Below are positions 25,066-34,918 of a stretch of 64,000 nucleotides of DNA, piece by piece. The translations under genes and the position numbers were made by a program. The notes beneath the pieces are model-generated. The model did not search any database, was not told where the DNA came from, and saw nothing but the letters and a program-made list of their open reading frames with translations. This DNA comes from a virus (Duplodnaviria; Caudoviricetes). Location: IMG/VR virus record IMGVR_UViG_2588253903_000005, positions 1 to 64,000 of that record; one strand, 5' to 3'. Within the stretch, counting starts at the first letter, position 1, and each line of letters opens with the position of its first letter.

Positions 25066-25431
25066 ATGCACTCTCTTTTAAGAAAAACAAAATCTGGGAG
25101 CAACGGACTTGTATATCCTTTTCGTCAAGAGAGAAAGGTTTTACATGAAAAATCTATTATAAACGGCAAATTATATGACACAGAAAAAGCCGAGTTTTTA
25201 TGCCCATTTAAAGACGGAAGGATTCTACTAAAGACAAAGAAAGGGAATTACTTTTCTTGCGTGCAAGATATAAGGTCGGTCAACAAAGAAAAAATGGATG
25301 AAATCATTGAAGCTGTAACAATATCACATTACGACTTGCGGGAAGAAACCAAAGAAGAAGTAAAGGGGTATATGGGTATTCACGAATTGGATTTGTATAT
25401 AAAGATGTTTGGAGAGGCCGAGGAGGCGTAA
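25066..25431 (+). CDS. Hypothetical protein, paralog of 21994-22335
   Basis: KLYDTEKAE...KKGNYFSC. Confidence 0.65.
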   Translation: MHSLLRKTKSGSNGLVYPFRQERKVLHEKSIINGKLYDTEKAEFLCPFKDGRILLKTKKGNYFSCVQDIRSVNKEKMDEIIEAVTISHYDLREETKEEVKGYMGIHELDLYIKMFGEAEEA

Positions 25432-25701
25432 CGATCTAAAATCAATTTTAAGCGATTTTAACCCAACGCCTTAAATTTCCTCAATGAAACATAAAAGAGG
25501 GCGATTTGAGGCAAATAGGAGCGTTAGAGAGGTATTTCTGCTAAAAGCATACACCGTTGTTCAAGTCAACGGGGCAGATTTGGCGGTAACTTCGGAAATC
25601 GCTACATAAAATCCAACATGAGCGGACAAAAGTGAGAACAAAAACGCTTGAGGTATAAAAGTGAGTATTGCGTATTCTCACAAAGCAGTATTCGCTTTTA
25701 A

Positions 25702-25773
25702 GGCGATATAGCAAAACGGTTAAGGCGGCAGTCTGCAAAACTGCTATTATCAGTTCGATTCTGATTATCGCCT
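25702..25773 (+). tRNA. tRNA-Cys(GCA)
   Basis: GGCGATA/TATCGCC acceptor, GCAGT-CTGCAAA-ACTGC, T-arm; one D-stem mismatch. Confidence 0.9.
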
Positions 25774-25775
25774 TT

Positions 25776-25848
25776 AACAACGGGATAGCCCGACGGGGCG
25801 AAAAGCAAAACCGTGATTGCCTGTCCGTTGTTTCAACTAATATCACGG
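25776..25848 (+). ncRNA. Candidate pseudoknotted RNA
   Basis: Long stem 25776-25788/25821-25832; loop CCGTGAT complementary to ATCACGG at 25842. Confidence 0.45.
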
Positions 25849-25867
25849 GATTATCAACATGTAGGTA

Positions 25868-26470
25868 ATGAAAATGGATAAATTGTATCAATCATACGTT
25901 TTGACAGACGATAAAGAACCGTTTAGGTTTGAATTGAAAGAAATTACAGTGAAATCAATTTCTGAAAATGGGACAATAGAAACAAAATATCCATGTTTTT
26001 ATGGTGTAATGAAATGTACAAACCACATAAATGGTTCGGGAGAAATTAAAACAGATAAGGAATATTCTTCTGGACATAGCTATGCATATTATTCGATAAG
26101 CTATGAAAAATGTATGGAGTATCTTGCGAATAAAAGACAGGAACTATTTCAAAAATATCAAAAAATGTCGGAAGAAGTAAGCACATTTTATAAAAAGATA
26201 ATGGAAAGTGAAATAAAGAATCACGTAAATAACGCGACTGTTAAAAAATACTCTTTGTGGATGGAGGGATATTCTGCAACCGGACAAAGTTCAACAGCGG
26301 AATTTTTAGGAGTATTTGACGGAGTTTCGTTTAATGACGCTTGCGATAATTGGTCTAAAACTATTAAACAACCAGAATATTATAAGCCCGGAACCGATGA
26401 ACACAGACCGAGTTATTGGGCGTGTAAAATTTTTGACAATGAAATAGACGCAAGAAAATCATTTGGTTAA
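25868..26470 (+). CDS. Hypothetical protein
   Basis: 200 aa ORF. Confidence 0.7.
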   Translation: MKMDKLYQSYVLTDDKEPFRFELKEITVKSISENGTIETKYPCFYGVMKCTNHINGSGEIKTDKEYSSGHSYAYYSISYEKCMEYLANKRQELFQKYQKMSEEVSTFYKKIMESEIKNHVNNATVKKYSLWMEGYSATGQSSTAEFLGVFDGVSFNDACDNWSKTIKQPEYYKPGTDEHRPSYWACKIFDNEIDARKSFG

Positions 26471-26487
26471 TTTAATCTTGGTAAATT

Positions 26488-26538
26488 CAATAGGCTAGGG
26501 TAGCTCCCAAAAAGCGTCCTCCAACGCCTGCCTATTGT
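26488..26538 (+). promoter_or_regulatory. Three-way-junction leader upstream of the replication initiator
   Basis: CAATAGGC/GCCTATTG, GGG-TAGCT-CCC and GCGT-CCTCCA-ACGC helices. Confidence 0.45.
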
Positions 26539-26583
26539 TTTTATAAATTTGGAGGATTAGAAAAATGGATTGGAGGTCATTTT

Positions 26584-27618
26584 ATGAGTGAAACAGTAAA
26601 GAGAGAAAAGAAAGAGATAATCATATCAGAAAATAGAGATTTTAAGGGCGTTTGGACACCTCATAAACTTTATTTAGCGAGAAATTTGAGCGCAAGCAAG
26701 AAAAATTTACTTATTGAGATTCACAGCCTTACAAAGAACGGAAACAGAAAATGTTTTGCGAGCAACAAGCATTTTTCTGATTTTCTCGGTTTAAAAGAAA
26801 ATACCATAAAAAGAATGTTGTCTGATTTGGAAAAAGAAGGATACATAAAAAGAATTTATAAATATGTAGGAGACACAAAAGAATTTGAAAGCAGAATAAT
26901 TAAACTCACAAACAAATTCTATAATGAATTTATAAATGAGTATGAAGAAAGCGAAGATGATGAGGAAAATATAGGTGGTGGAGAAAAATCCACCCCCTCG
27001 TGGAATGAAATAGATGGGGTGGTGGATTTTATCCCACAGGATGGTGAAAAAGATTCCACAATAAGTAATACACCTTTTAAGAATAACAATCTAAGAGATA
27101 CAGATTTAAGTGATACAGAAAAAGGAGAAAACATTAACAAAGTTAATGGAGAGGCAAAAACATCTTCTTCTGAAAACCGAAAGAAGATGACTGCGCCTAA
27201 AACTGCCTTAGAAAAATATCTCGGCAAAAAAGCAGACGAGAGGGACATGATTGAACGATTGGCTGCAATATGCTCTGAAAATTACGACAACGATACTGCA
27301 AACGAAATTTTCATATCGTTGACGCACTACTTTGAAAGATTTAAGGAGAGATCCGGGAAGATACACCCGATTTTGAAAGACAGCACACTTTTAAGGTTTA
27401 TAGAAAAAATGGACTGTTTCTATGATGACAGATATAGTCACTTTGGCAGGCTTATAGGGCAAGATAACGCCTATATAAAAATGGTTGATATGTTTCTTGA
27501 TGGAGATTTCGGAGCGGTTAAAGGATATGAGACAAATTACCACCTTTCAGCATTTATGTCAGACGAGGTATTAAACAGAATGGCACAGAGATTATTTGAA
27601 TTGGGGGAGGTGGAATAA
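26584..27618 (+). CDS. Replication initiator with N-terminal winged HTH
   Basis: RDFKGVW...CFASNKHFSDFLGL...LEKEGYI; internal GC-rich inverted repeats. Confidence 0.75.
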   Translation: MSETVKREKKEIIISENRDFKGVWTPHKLYLARNLSASKKNLLIEIHSLTKNGNRKCFASNKHFSDFLGLKENTIKRMLSDLEKEGYIKRIYKYVGDTKEFESRIIKLTNKFYNEFINEYEESEDDEENIGGGEKSTPSWNEIDGVVDFIPQDGEKDSTISNTPFKNNNLRDTDLSDTEKGENINKVNGEAKTSSSENRKKMTAPKTALEKYLGKKADERDMIERLAAICSENYDNDTANEIFISLTHYFERFKERSGKIHPILKDSTLLRFIEKMDCFYDDRYSHFGRLIGQDNAYIKMVDMFLDGDFGAVKGYETNYHLSAFMSDEVLNRMAQRLFELGEVE

Positions 27619-27911
27619 TGGAATACTCAAACACACGTTTATGCAGCGGATATTTAAACAAACCAAAACCCTGTGAACATTTTGAAAGCTGCGACATGAA
27701 GATTGGGTTTCAGTGGGACGAGAACGGAAACGAGCATTACATAATCGGCAGGGGTTGTAATTCCATGAGCTGCAAGCGAGATAATCCAGATTACAAGCCA
27801 TTGACCAAGGAACAGTTCATAGAGATGTATAAGCAAATGCCGAACCGCACAAATATTTCTCTTTATGAGTTATTGGAGTGTGCGAGGATTGACGGAATGG
27901 TGGAGGGATAG
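27618..27911 (+). CDS. Cys-containing hypothetical protein
   Basis: TAATG coupling to the initiator. Confidence 0.6.
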   Translation: MEYSNTRLCSGYLNKPKPCEHFESCDMKIGFQWDENGNEHYIIGRGCNSMSCKRDNPDYKPLTKEQFIEMYKQMPNRTNISLYELLECARIDGMVEG

Positions 27912-27914
27912 CTT

Positions 27915-28286
27915 ATGAACCGCCAACAAAGACGCTATGCAGAGCGTAAAAACCAAAAATACAAAACCGCCACATACAACCTCACCAAGAGCCAGCTTGA
28001 TAATGCGGTTAAGGATTCCATCAATTCAGAACTGGAAAAAGCATATCAGGACGGCGTAAACGAGGGCGTAAATCAGGCAATGATTCTTCTGCTAACCTTG
28101 CCGCTTGAAGTCCTCATGGATTTTTACTGGAAGAAAAGTTATGCGAAGAAAATTCCGGAATTCACGCAACATGTTCTGGACTACTACACAGCATGGCAGA
28201 ACGGCGAACTGGACATGGACAAGCTGAAAGAGGATTTATGGGAGCGTGGAGGCGTGAGATTGGAGGAATCAGGGAATGGAGATTGA
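27915..28286 (+). CDS. Hypothetical phage protein
   Basis: MNRQQRR start; 123 aa. Confidence 0.7.
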   Translation: MNRQQRRYAERKNQKYKTATYNLTKSQLDNAVKDSINSELEKAYQDGVNEGVNQAMILLLTLPLEVLMDFYWKKSYAKKIPEFTQHVLDYYTAWQNGELDMDKLKEDLWERGGVRLEESGNGD

Positions 28287-28845
28287 TATTTTCAAACATA
28301 ATGACAACTGGCAGGATGTGAAAGATTCTGCAATGAATACAATAAACAAAAACACAGGGAAATATCCTGATTCAGAGTGGAAAAGAAAATTGCTTATGTC
28401 GGAACATTCGCCGATCAGAAGGATAAAATTCTACTGGAGATGGAGCGGAATTAAATCGTGGGTCAGCGTACATATGGTAAGGCACAAAATTGGCATTGAG
28501 CATTGGGTCTCAACGCAAAGACCAGACAGGACGGATAATCAGGATAAAGACAGGGATAAGTTGCCGCAAGGCGCTCCGGTAAATCATGCATGTGAAGCAA
28601 ACGCACAGGCATTGATAAACATCAGCAGAAAAAGATTGTGCGGATGCGCTGCAACGCAAACAAGGCTGGCATGGAAAGCAGTAAAAGAAAAAGTAGCAGA
28701 GACAGAGCCGGAACTTGCCAGCTGCATGGTGAGAGAGTGCATTTACCGTGGATTTTGCCCGGAAATGTTTTCGTGTGGATACTATAAAACTGATGAATAC
28801 AGAAAAGAATTGGAGGAATACAGGCATGGAATCAACGGAAACTAA
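28276..28845 (+). CDS. thyX: Flavin-dependent thymidylate synthase (ThyX-like)
   Basis: SEHSPI, HMVRHK...STQR, NAQALINISRKRLCGCA. Confidence 0.75.
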   Translation: MEIDIFKHNDNWQDVKDSAMNTINKNTGKYPDSEWKRKLLMSEHSPIRRIKFYWRWSGIKSWVSVHMVRHKIGIEHWVSTQRPDRTDNQDKDRDKLPQGAPVNHACEANAQALINISRKRLCGCAATQTRLAWKAVKEKVAETEPELASCMVRECIYRGFCPEMFSCGYYKTDEYRKELEEYRHGINGN

Positions 28846-29068
28846 AACAGATGAGATATGCCACCCGCCGCATTACTGCTTCGGAAAAAATGAGCCTGTA
28901 AAAGTGATACAGGACTGGAAACTTTCGTTCTGCCTTGGAAACGTATTGAAATATATCGCAAGAGCAGGTAGAAAAGAAGGGAACAGCAAACTGCAAGACC
29001 TGTTAAAGGCAAAGCAATATATTGAGTTTGAGATTGAGGGATTGGAAAATGAAAATAATCACGCTTGA
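28826..29068 (+). CDS. DUF3310 family protein
   Basis: HPPHY...FCLGNVLKYIARAGRK...DLLKAKQY. Confidence 0.85.
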   Translation: MESTETKTDEICHPPHYCFGKNEPVKVIQDWKLSFCLGNVLKYIARAGRKEGNSKLQDLLKAKQYIEFEIEGLENENNHA

Positions 29069-29444
29069 AACACTAAAGACCATGCCAAACGGAACGGCGT
29101 TCAGTATAATTAATGAATGGGGACTGAACGGCACAACTATTTTTATTTTGACAGGGGATGTCAAGGAACATACGTGTTTTGTCAAAGGAATAGAATTTCA
29201 CCTAAAGATAGCTGCAAACAATACGCAAGACATGTATGATATGATGGTTGACGAAGACGAAAACCTGATAACAGGAAAGAACATTCCAACTAAATACGGG
29301 AAGAAAGATAGAATGATGAGTTTTAAAGAAGATCAGTTATTTGCAGTATTCTCAAAAGCAGAGGTCAGAAAGATGATAAAATTCCTTCAATGGGCGTTGT
29401 CTGGTTTGGAAGATGATTTTGACACGGATGAGGTTTTGGAATGA
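29049..29444 (+). CDS. Hypothetical protein
   Basis: Coupled ORF with RBS. Confidence 0.65.
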   Translation: MKIITLETLKTMPNGTAFSIINEWGLNGTTIFILTGDVKEHTCFVKGIEFHLKIAANNTQDMYDMMVDEDENLITGKNIPTKYGKKDRMMSFKEDQLFAVFSKAEVRKMIKFLQWALSGLEDDFDTDEVLE

Positions 29445-29647
29445 TTTTCAGGAACAAGGATATTAAACCAGAAAAATCCGGCTATCTGATTTGTGATGAC
29501 TTGCTTGACACGGGTTTAGAGCCAATACCAAAAGAACTTCTTGAAAATATGCCAGCTCCACAAAGAGGAAATGTAATCAGCGGAACATTTGGAATGTTCA
29601 GAGCAAGTGAATTTGAAAAGAATGTGGGAGGATTGAAAAATGTGTGA
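29441..29647 (+). CDS. Hypothetical protein
   Basis: Coupled ORF. Confidence 0.55.
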   Translation: MIFRNKDIKPEKSGYLICDDLLDTGLEPIPKELLENMPAPQRGNVISGTFGMFRASEFEKNVGGLKNV

Positions 29648-29825
29648 CTTTTGCAAAGAAATCATAAAAGAAAATGATGACAGTAACAGAGAAGAACTCA
29701 TAATACAGAGAGATAACGGAAGATTTGATTTGTGCTGTCATGCGGGCGGTGGCGATTGGGGAGCAGTTGAAGATGTAGAATTTTGCCCGAAATGCGGAAG
29801 AAATTTGACGGAGGTATCAGAATGA
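29640..29825 (+). CDS. Small zinc-ribbon protein
   Basis: MCDFC...FCPKCGRNL. Confidence 0.7.
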   Translation: MCDFCKEIIKENDDSNREELIIQRDNGRFDLCCHAGGGDWGAVEDVEFCPKCGRNLTEVSE

Positions 29826-30034
29826 AACAATTCCTAAAATTCCTTACAAAGATAAAATCGTTCTGGAAATTCTACCAGAATTACGGATATGACGGAGAAG
29901 ATGTTGAATTTATCATAGACAACTATGAGAGGGTGCTTTGCAATCGAACAAAGACAATGAGCAAGCCAACGTATTACCTCGAAGATGTCTTGAGGGAACT
30001 TGACAACTGGTATGAGGACAGAATGGAGGAATAA
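29822..30034 (+). CDS. Hypothetical protein
   Basis: RBS GGAGG; coupled. Confidence 0.6.
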   Translation: MKQFLKFLTKIKSFWKFYQNYGYDGEDVEFIIDNYERVLCNRTKTMSKPTYYLEDVLRELDNWYEDRMEE

Positions 30035-30037
30035 GTT

Positions 30038-30316
30038 ATGTGGCTATTAAAATTACACTTTTCAATATCGGTATTATGTATGCTGACATTTATCGGGTTT
30101 AAGTCGCTTTATAAACAGCAGATGAAAGACAATGGATGGATTGACGACGAAAAGAAGAAAAAGAAAAGCATATTTGCGTATTTTATGTTTTTCGTGCCGA
30201 TAATGAATATTTTGTTTGTCATCATAATGTTTTTGATGATTGGCATGAAGAAAAAGGATTTTGACAAGATGTGTGATGATGCAAAGAAAGATAGGGAGGT
30301 ATCAACCCATGAATAA
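30038..30316 (+). CDS. Small membrane protein
   Basis: Two hydrophobic segments. Confidence 0.65.
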   Translation: MWLLKLHFSISVLCMLTFIGFKSLYKQQMKDNGWIDDEKKKKKSIFAYFMFFVPIMNILFVIIMFLMIGMKKKDFDKMCDDAKKDREVSTHE

Positions 30317-30449
30317 AACCGAACTTATGGAAAACTACACAGAGGAACAGCTTGCAGAGATGGTTGTTAAAAAAGGCATTGCGCTAGAACGGCTTGCAGA
30401 AACACACGCAAAAGCAGTAGGGGACGCATACAGAAAAATCAAATTTTAG
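30309..30449 (+). CDS. Small hypothetical protein, possibly truncated
   Basis: RBS GGGAGG; 46 aa. Confidence 0.4.
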   Translation: MNKTELMENYTEEQLAEMVVKKGIALERLAETHAKAVGDAYRKIKF

Positions 30450-30607
30450 AGGAAAACAACAGAAGACTGCAATCTAAACTTGATACATACAACAACTATC
30501 TTCTTCCGAGATGCACCAAAGAAGCAAAAGAAATGATAGACCATAATCATTTTACAGGGGTTATAATTGTCACACAGGAACAGTGGAATAATCGGGGAGG
30601 GAAAACT

Positions 30608-31240
30608 ATGAACATATCAGACATTCAGAAATGCCAAGAGGAATACGAAAAACTTTTGAAAGAAAGTCCTCTACATGGAACAATAGATAAAATCTGCAAA
30701 GATATTCTCGAACAGAAAAATAACGCTATGGCAATGGAGTTTACAAGGATAATCTGCGATTTGCTGAAAAGATATGGAGTGTATGTTCACTGCACGGAAA
30801 CAAAATTCGGAGAAAGGATAACAACAAATTCCATTGAAGATCAATATGGAATTGTATTTGACAGCATGGACTTTTCGCAACATGATAAGGAATTTATGGA
30901 CAAGATTAAGGAGTTGGAAAAGCAACTTGACCGTAGCCAGACCACCATAAACCAAATTGATGATATTCTGGAAAAGTTATTTGGCGTGCGGCATGATATG
31001 GTTGATAAGCCAGATGAATTTGAAAAGATTTTATCTGAAAGAGCAAAAGGGAATGTAACCGATTTCCTCCCAACAGAACCTATCAAAGTAGATGATATGC
31101 TGATAAACGCAAGCAAAAAGCGGACAAACTGCATGACGGGAAAGGAATATGATAAATACATATTTGGTAAATGGCAGTTAAGGCAGATAGCGGAACATTT
31201 ATTGGTTTATTGTAATCATAATGGGGAGGTGGAGGAATGA
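30608..31240 (+). CDS. Hypothetical coiled-coil protein
   Basis: RBS GGGAGG. Confidence 0.7.
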   Translation: MNISDIQKCQEEYEKLLKESPLHGTIDKICKDILEQKNNAMAMEFTRIICDLLKRYGVYVHCTETKFGERITTNSIEDQYGIVFDSMDFSQHDKEFMDKIKELEKQLDRSQTTINQIDDILEKLFGVRHDMVDKPDEFEKILSERAKGNVTDFLPTEPIKVDDMLINASKKRTNCMTGKEYDKYIFGKWQLRQIAEHLLVYCNHNGEVEE

Positions 31241-31488
31241 GAAGAATAAAAGAGTTTATATCGTTTTGGCTATATTATCCAAAATTATTGAGTTACTTGA
31301 AAGAAAAAGACCGCCATTCATTTGAAATTTTTAAGAAGATTGGCAGATTTCCATATGCAAAACAATACAGCAGAATAAAAATTGATTTCGAGAATTTTAA
31401 CAAAAGTGAATTACCGTGGGAAAGCGAAGATTTTTGCGAATGGAAATCTATTTATGACAAAGAGCCGATTGAAAGGTGTACAAAATGA
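31237..31488 (+). CDS. Hypothetical protein
   Basis: Coupled ORF. Confidence 0.6.
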   Translation: MRRIKEFISFWLYYPKLLSYLKEKDRHSFEIFKKIGRFPYAKQYSRIKIDFENFNKSELPWESEDFCEWKSIYDKEPIERCTK

Positions 31489-31673
31489 AAGTATTAGTCA
31501 ACAATTACCTATACGAAATGGGAAGAAAAGAATACAAGGGCGTTTTAAAAGTCGCAAGCAAACAAATCCAATGCGGAATATATGCGGTTGAAAAAGACGG
31601 ATTCTGCGAACTGAGGAAAGACACCTTTGACAGCAAAGAGGAATTAAAGAAAGCCGTTGCGGAATATGCGTAG
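31485..31673 (+). CDS. Hypothetical protein
   Basis: Coupled ORF. Confidence 0.6.
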   Translation: MKVLVNNYLYEMGRKEYKGVLKVASKQIQCGIYAVEKDGFCELRKDTFDSKEELKKAVAEYA

Positions 31674-31718
31674 AAAGGATTTAAGGCACATTATAATTCA
31701 TAAATTGGAGGATTTGAT

Positions 31719-32030
31719 ATGACAACATTTAAAACAGGAGATATGGTAATATGCAAAAAGCATAGCGTAGCGCAAAAACTTGTTTTCGATTCTAAGGGAA
31801 TGAGGATTGAAAATTATATTGATGATTATTTCTTTAATCGTGAAGCCGTTATCGAGTACACGCATAAAGAGCGCATGGACGAACGTTTTAAAAATGACTT
31901 ACACGAGGAATTTAAAGACAAAGAAGAATACGGAATTAGATTTTTAGATAGCAACGAAACTCTTGCATGGCTTAAAGCAGAAGAACTTGTCTTGAAGGTT
32001 CCAAAAGAACAGTTTATGGGCTTGGCTTAG
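31719..32030 (+). CDS. Hypothetical protein
   Basis: RBS GGAGG. Confidence 0.65.
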   Translation: MTTFKTGDMVICKKHSVAQKLVFDSKGMRIENYIDDYFFNREAVIEYTHKERMDERFKNDLHEEFKDKEEYGIRFLDSNETLAWLKAEELVLKVPKEQFMGLA

Positions 32031-32164
32031 GGAGAAAAACGAAATGGACAATAACTGCAACCTAACCACCTGCCGCTACAACCAATCCAGCACTTGCACG
32101 AATGAGGAAAAAGAAAAGAGTGCGTGGAGGTCAGTAAGAGGGTGTTGTGTTTGGAGGATAGAGA

Positions 32165-32692
32165 ATGAGAGATAAATCCCTAGAATTTGTCAAGAAAAGA
32201 ATTGAATCTGGTGTATGTAATGGCATGGAAAAAGATAAATATAATCATTTGTACGAAGTTGATTTTTTAAAAATTTCAGAACAGATAAAATTTAGCAATA
32301 CTGTTAAAGTTTCTGAAAATCTTTTGGAAGTTGAATTGCCATTTAAAGATAACAAAGGCACAACAATTTCAGTAACACGCAATACGGAAGCTGAATTTGA
32401 CTATATGACCGTTGAGAGATGCCGCTGTGATGGAACTTTTGTGTTTTTTATAGATTTATGCAAAAAAATACTTGAAAAGATATTAAAAGGAGAAACTTGT
32501 TACAGTCCAAAAATTCCAAAAGATGCAAAAGAAAAACTTTACAAATACAATATTCGGTTTGAGGTTGGAAATTTTATTTTTGCAGAAGAATATGGGGAAG
32601 ATTTTACAACAAAAGAAAAACCGTGGATGAAAAGCAGATTTACAGTTATGTTGCCAATAAAATGTGATTTTGCAGAAAAACAACTGGCGTAA
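32165..32692 (+). CDS. Hypothetical protein
   Basis: RBS GGAGG; 175 aa. Confidence 0.7.
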   Translation: MRDKSLEFVKKRIESGVCNGMEKDKYNHLYEVDFLKISEQIKFSNTVKVSENLLEVELPFKDNKGTTISVTRNTEAEFDYMTVERCRCDGTFVFFIDLCKKILEKILKGETCYSPKIPKDAKEKLYKYNIRFEVGNFIFAEEYGEDFTTKEKPWMKSRFTVMLPIKCDFAEKQLA

Positions 32693-32726
32693 AACGCAAA
32701 ATTTACCGCCTATCAGAAAGAGGGGG

Positions 32727-32921
32727 ATGAAACTTGCCGAATACATAGAAAGTATCTGTCAAGAGCATTTAAGTAAATATCAAAAAGCGTTCTTTGAAGA
32801 TGTGGAGCAAAAGTTAAAGAATGGATATGAAATATCCATGCCGCCACGAATAGGAAGGACATTGAGCATTCAGACAATATGGGCGATAGAGCAATGGAAA
32901 ATACTGGAGGTATTCAAGTGA
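32727..32921 (+). CDS. Small hypothetical protein
   Basis: RBS GAGGGG; ISMPPRIGRT echoes the terminase motif ISMPPG. Confidence 0.5.
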   Translation: MKLAEYIESICQEHLSKYQKAFFEDVEQKLKNGYEISMPPRIGRTLSIQTIWAIEQWKILEVFK

Positions 32922-33398
32922 GTTTATCAGAAGTAATTGAAGGCATAGAACGTGAAATGTTCGAGAGGGCGACAAAAGAGGAAAAACCAAAATACTGTGA
33001 TGATTGCAAAGTATATGAAGAAAGTAAAGATTGCCACGCTTGTATAAAACAAGAATTTAATGACAGGAGGCGCAAAAGTGAGTAAAGATAAAACAGAACT
33101 GAAAAATTCTGTCATTCAAAAGGCAGAAGAAATCGCAGAAGTGCTTTCAAAGAACAGTGACTGCGAACTACGAACATCTCCTAACGGCGTGGCGGTTATT
33201 AAAGTGAAAAAGGAAGTGGTTTCTAAATGATTTATGTAAAATGTCCGAATTGCGGAAAAGAACACATTTTAGACCCAGGAAACATAGAGCAACTGCTCAT
33301 TATGAAAATACTTAGATTTCGAAACTGCCATTGCGGGAAAAAGTTTTTTATAAAAGAGGAAGATGATTGCTATTTTGTGAAAATAGGAGAATGCGAAG

Positions 33399-34601
33399 AT
33401 GAGTGATTTAAAAATATTTACAGAAAACATAGAACCGCAGGCATTAAATCAGATTTACACGCTGATTAAGCAACCGGCATTTGCGGATTGCAAAGTGCGT
33501 ATCATGCCTGACGTACACGCCGGAGCTGGATGTGTTATCGGTTTTACTGCTGATTTGGGAGATAAGGTAATTCCAAACATCGTCGGAGTGGATATTGGCT
33601 GCGGCATGGAAACTGTAGAACTTGGCAACACAGACATAGACCTTGCAAAACTCGACGAGGTAATCAGAAAATATGTTCCGAATGGCAGAAATGTGCATGA
33701 AACAGAAGATAACTTTTCGGAAATCATCATCAATCAGCTTTATTGCGAAGACCGCCTAAAAAACGTGGATTGGTTGAAAAGAAGCTGCGGTACGCTTGGC
33801 GGAGGAAATCATTTTTGCGAAGTGGACATTGACGATGACGGAAATAAATACCTTGTCATTCATTCGGGAAGTCGGAACATTGGAAAGCAGGTTGCGGAAA
33901 TTTATCAGCAGATGGCGATTGACGATTTAAGCGGAGCGAACAGCCTTGAAGAAGAAACAAAGAAACTGATTGAAGATTACAAACGGACAGGCAGACACAA
34001 GGATATTCAGAGAGGGATTGCGGAGTTAAAACGGAAATTTCAGCCGAAAATTAGTGTGCCAAAAGAATTATCCTATCTGACAGGCGAACACAGGGAAATG
34101 TATCTGCACGACATGAAGTTGTGTCAGAAATTCGCAAGTGAAAATAGATACAGGATTGCAAAAGAAATATCTTATGGCATGGGCTGGGATATAGATAGAT
34201 TTTCAAATGGATTTGAAACAATCCACAACTACATTGAGCATGACACAAACATCGTCCGCAAGGGCGCAATATCGGCGAAAGAGGGCGAAACAGTCCTAAT
34301 TCCTATCAATATGCGTGACGGCTGTATTATCGGCAGGGGAAAAGGTAATGCAGACTGGAATTATTCAGCGCCGCATGGGGCAGGACGGATAATGAGCCGT
34401 AGCAAAGCAAAAGAAACGGTATCGCTGGAAGAATTTGAACAGTCCATGCAAGGAATTTATACAACATCTGTTAATCGGTCAACGATTGATGAAAGCCCTA
34501 TGGCATACAAGCCGATTGAGGAAATTGTAGCGAATATACAAGATACGGTTGAAATCATGAAGATTATCAAGCCGATTTATAATTTTAAGGCGAGTGAGTG
34601 A
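33399..34601 (+). CDS. rtcB: RNA ligase RtcB
   Basis: MPDVHAG, VGVDIGCG, GTLGGGNHF, HSGSR, HN, RKGA, HGAGR, DESPMAYK. Confidence 0.97.
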   Translation: MSDLKIFTENIEPQALNQIYTLIKQPAFADCKVRIMPDVHAGAGCVIGFTADLGDKVIPNIVGVDIGCGMETVELGNTDIDLAKLDEVIRKYVPNGRNVHETEDNFSEIIINQLYCEDRLKNVDWLKRSCGTLGGGNHFCEVDIDDDGNKYLVIHSGSRNIGKQVAEIYQQMAIDDLSGANSLEEETKKLIEDYKRTGRHKDIQRGIAELKRKFQPKISVPKELSYLTGEHREMYLHDMKLCQKFASENRYRIAKEISYGMGWDIDRFSNGFETIHNYIEHDTNIVRKGAISAKEGETVLIPINMRDGCIIGRGKGNADWNYSAPHGAGRIMSRSKAKETVSLEEFEQSMQGIYTTSVNRSTIDESPMAYKPIEEIVANIQDTVEIMKIIKPIYNFKASE

Positions 34602-34864
34602 GGTATGATGAAATGAGCGTTAAGAAATTGTTTTGTGACTTTATATACAAACACACTTCTTTTCCAAATGGATGCAAGCATGGGAATGAATTAAATTGGA
34701 TGCTTAAACATTGTTGCCCTGTTTGCATAAATGAACCTATTGAGAGTTTGAGCAACAAAGAATATCACGAAAAATATCCAGCACATAACAAGATTCGGCT
34801 TGGAGTGTTGACGTTTTATTTATGTGATTTGCATTTGGAAGAAATGAAGAAGGAATTAAAATAA
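34598..34864 (+). CDS. Hypothetical protein
   Basis: Coupled to rtcB; Cys-containing. Confidence 0.55.
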   Translation: MRYDEMSVKKLFCDFIYKHTSFPNGCKHGNELNWMLKHCCPVCINEPIESLSNKEYHEKYPAHNKIRLGVLTFYLCDLHLEEMKKELK

Positions 34865-34918
34865 CATATCTAACACCGCACATAAAGCGTTTGTGCGGAA
34901 TGAAAGGGATTTTGGAGA

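Noticed and set aside
22936-25773. Suppressor tRNA / stop-codon recoding
   Set aside because: Anticodons are sense (UUG, GCU, UGA, GCA) and long genes read intact in the standard code
32727-32921. Terminase fragment (ISMPPRIGRT)
   Set aside because: A single short motif; no further similarity visible
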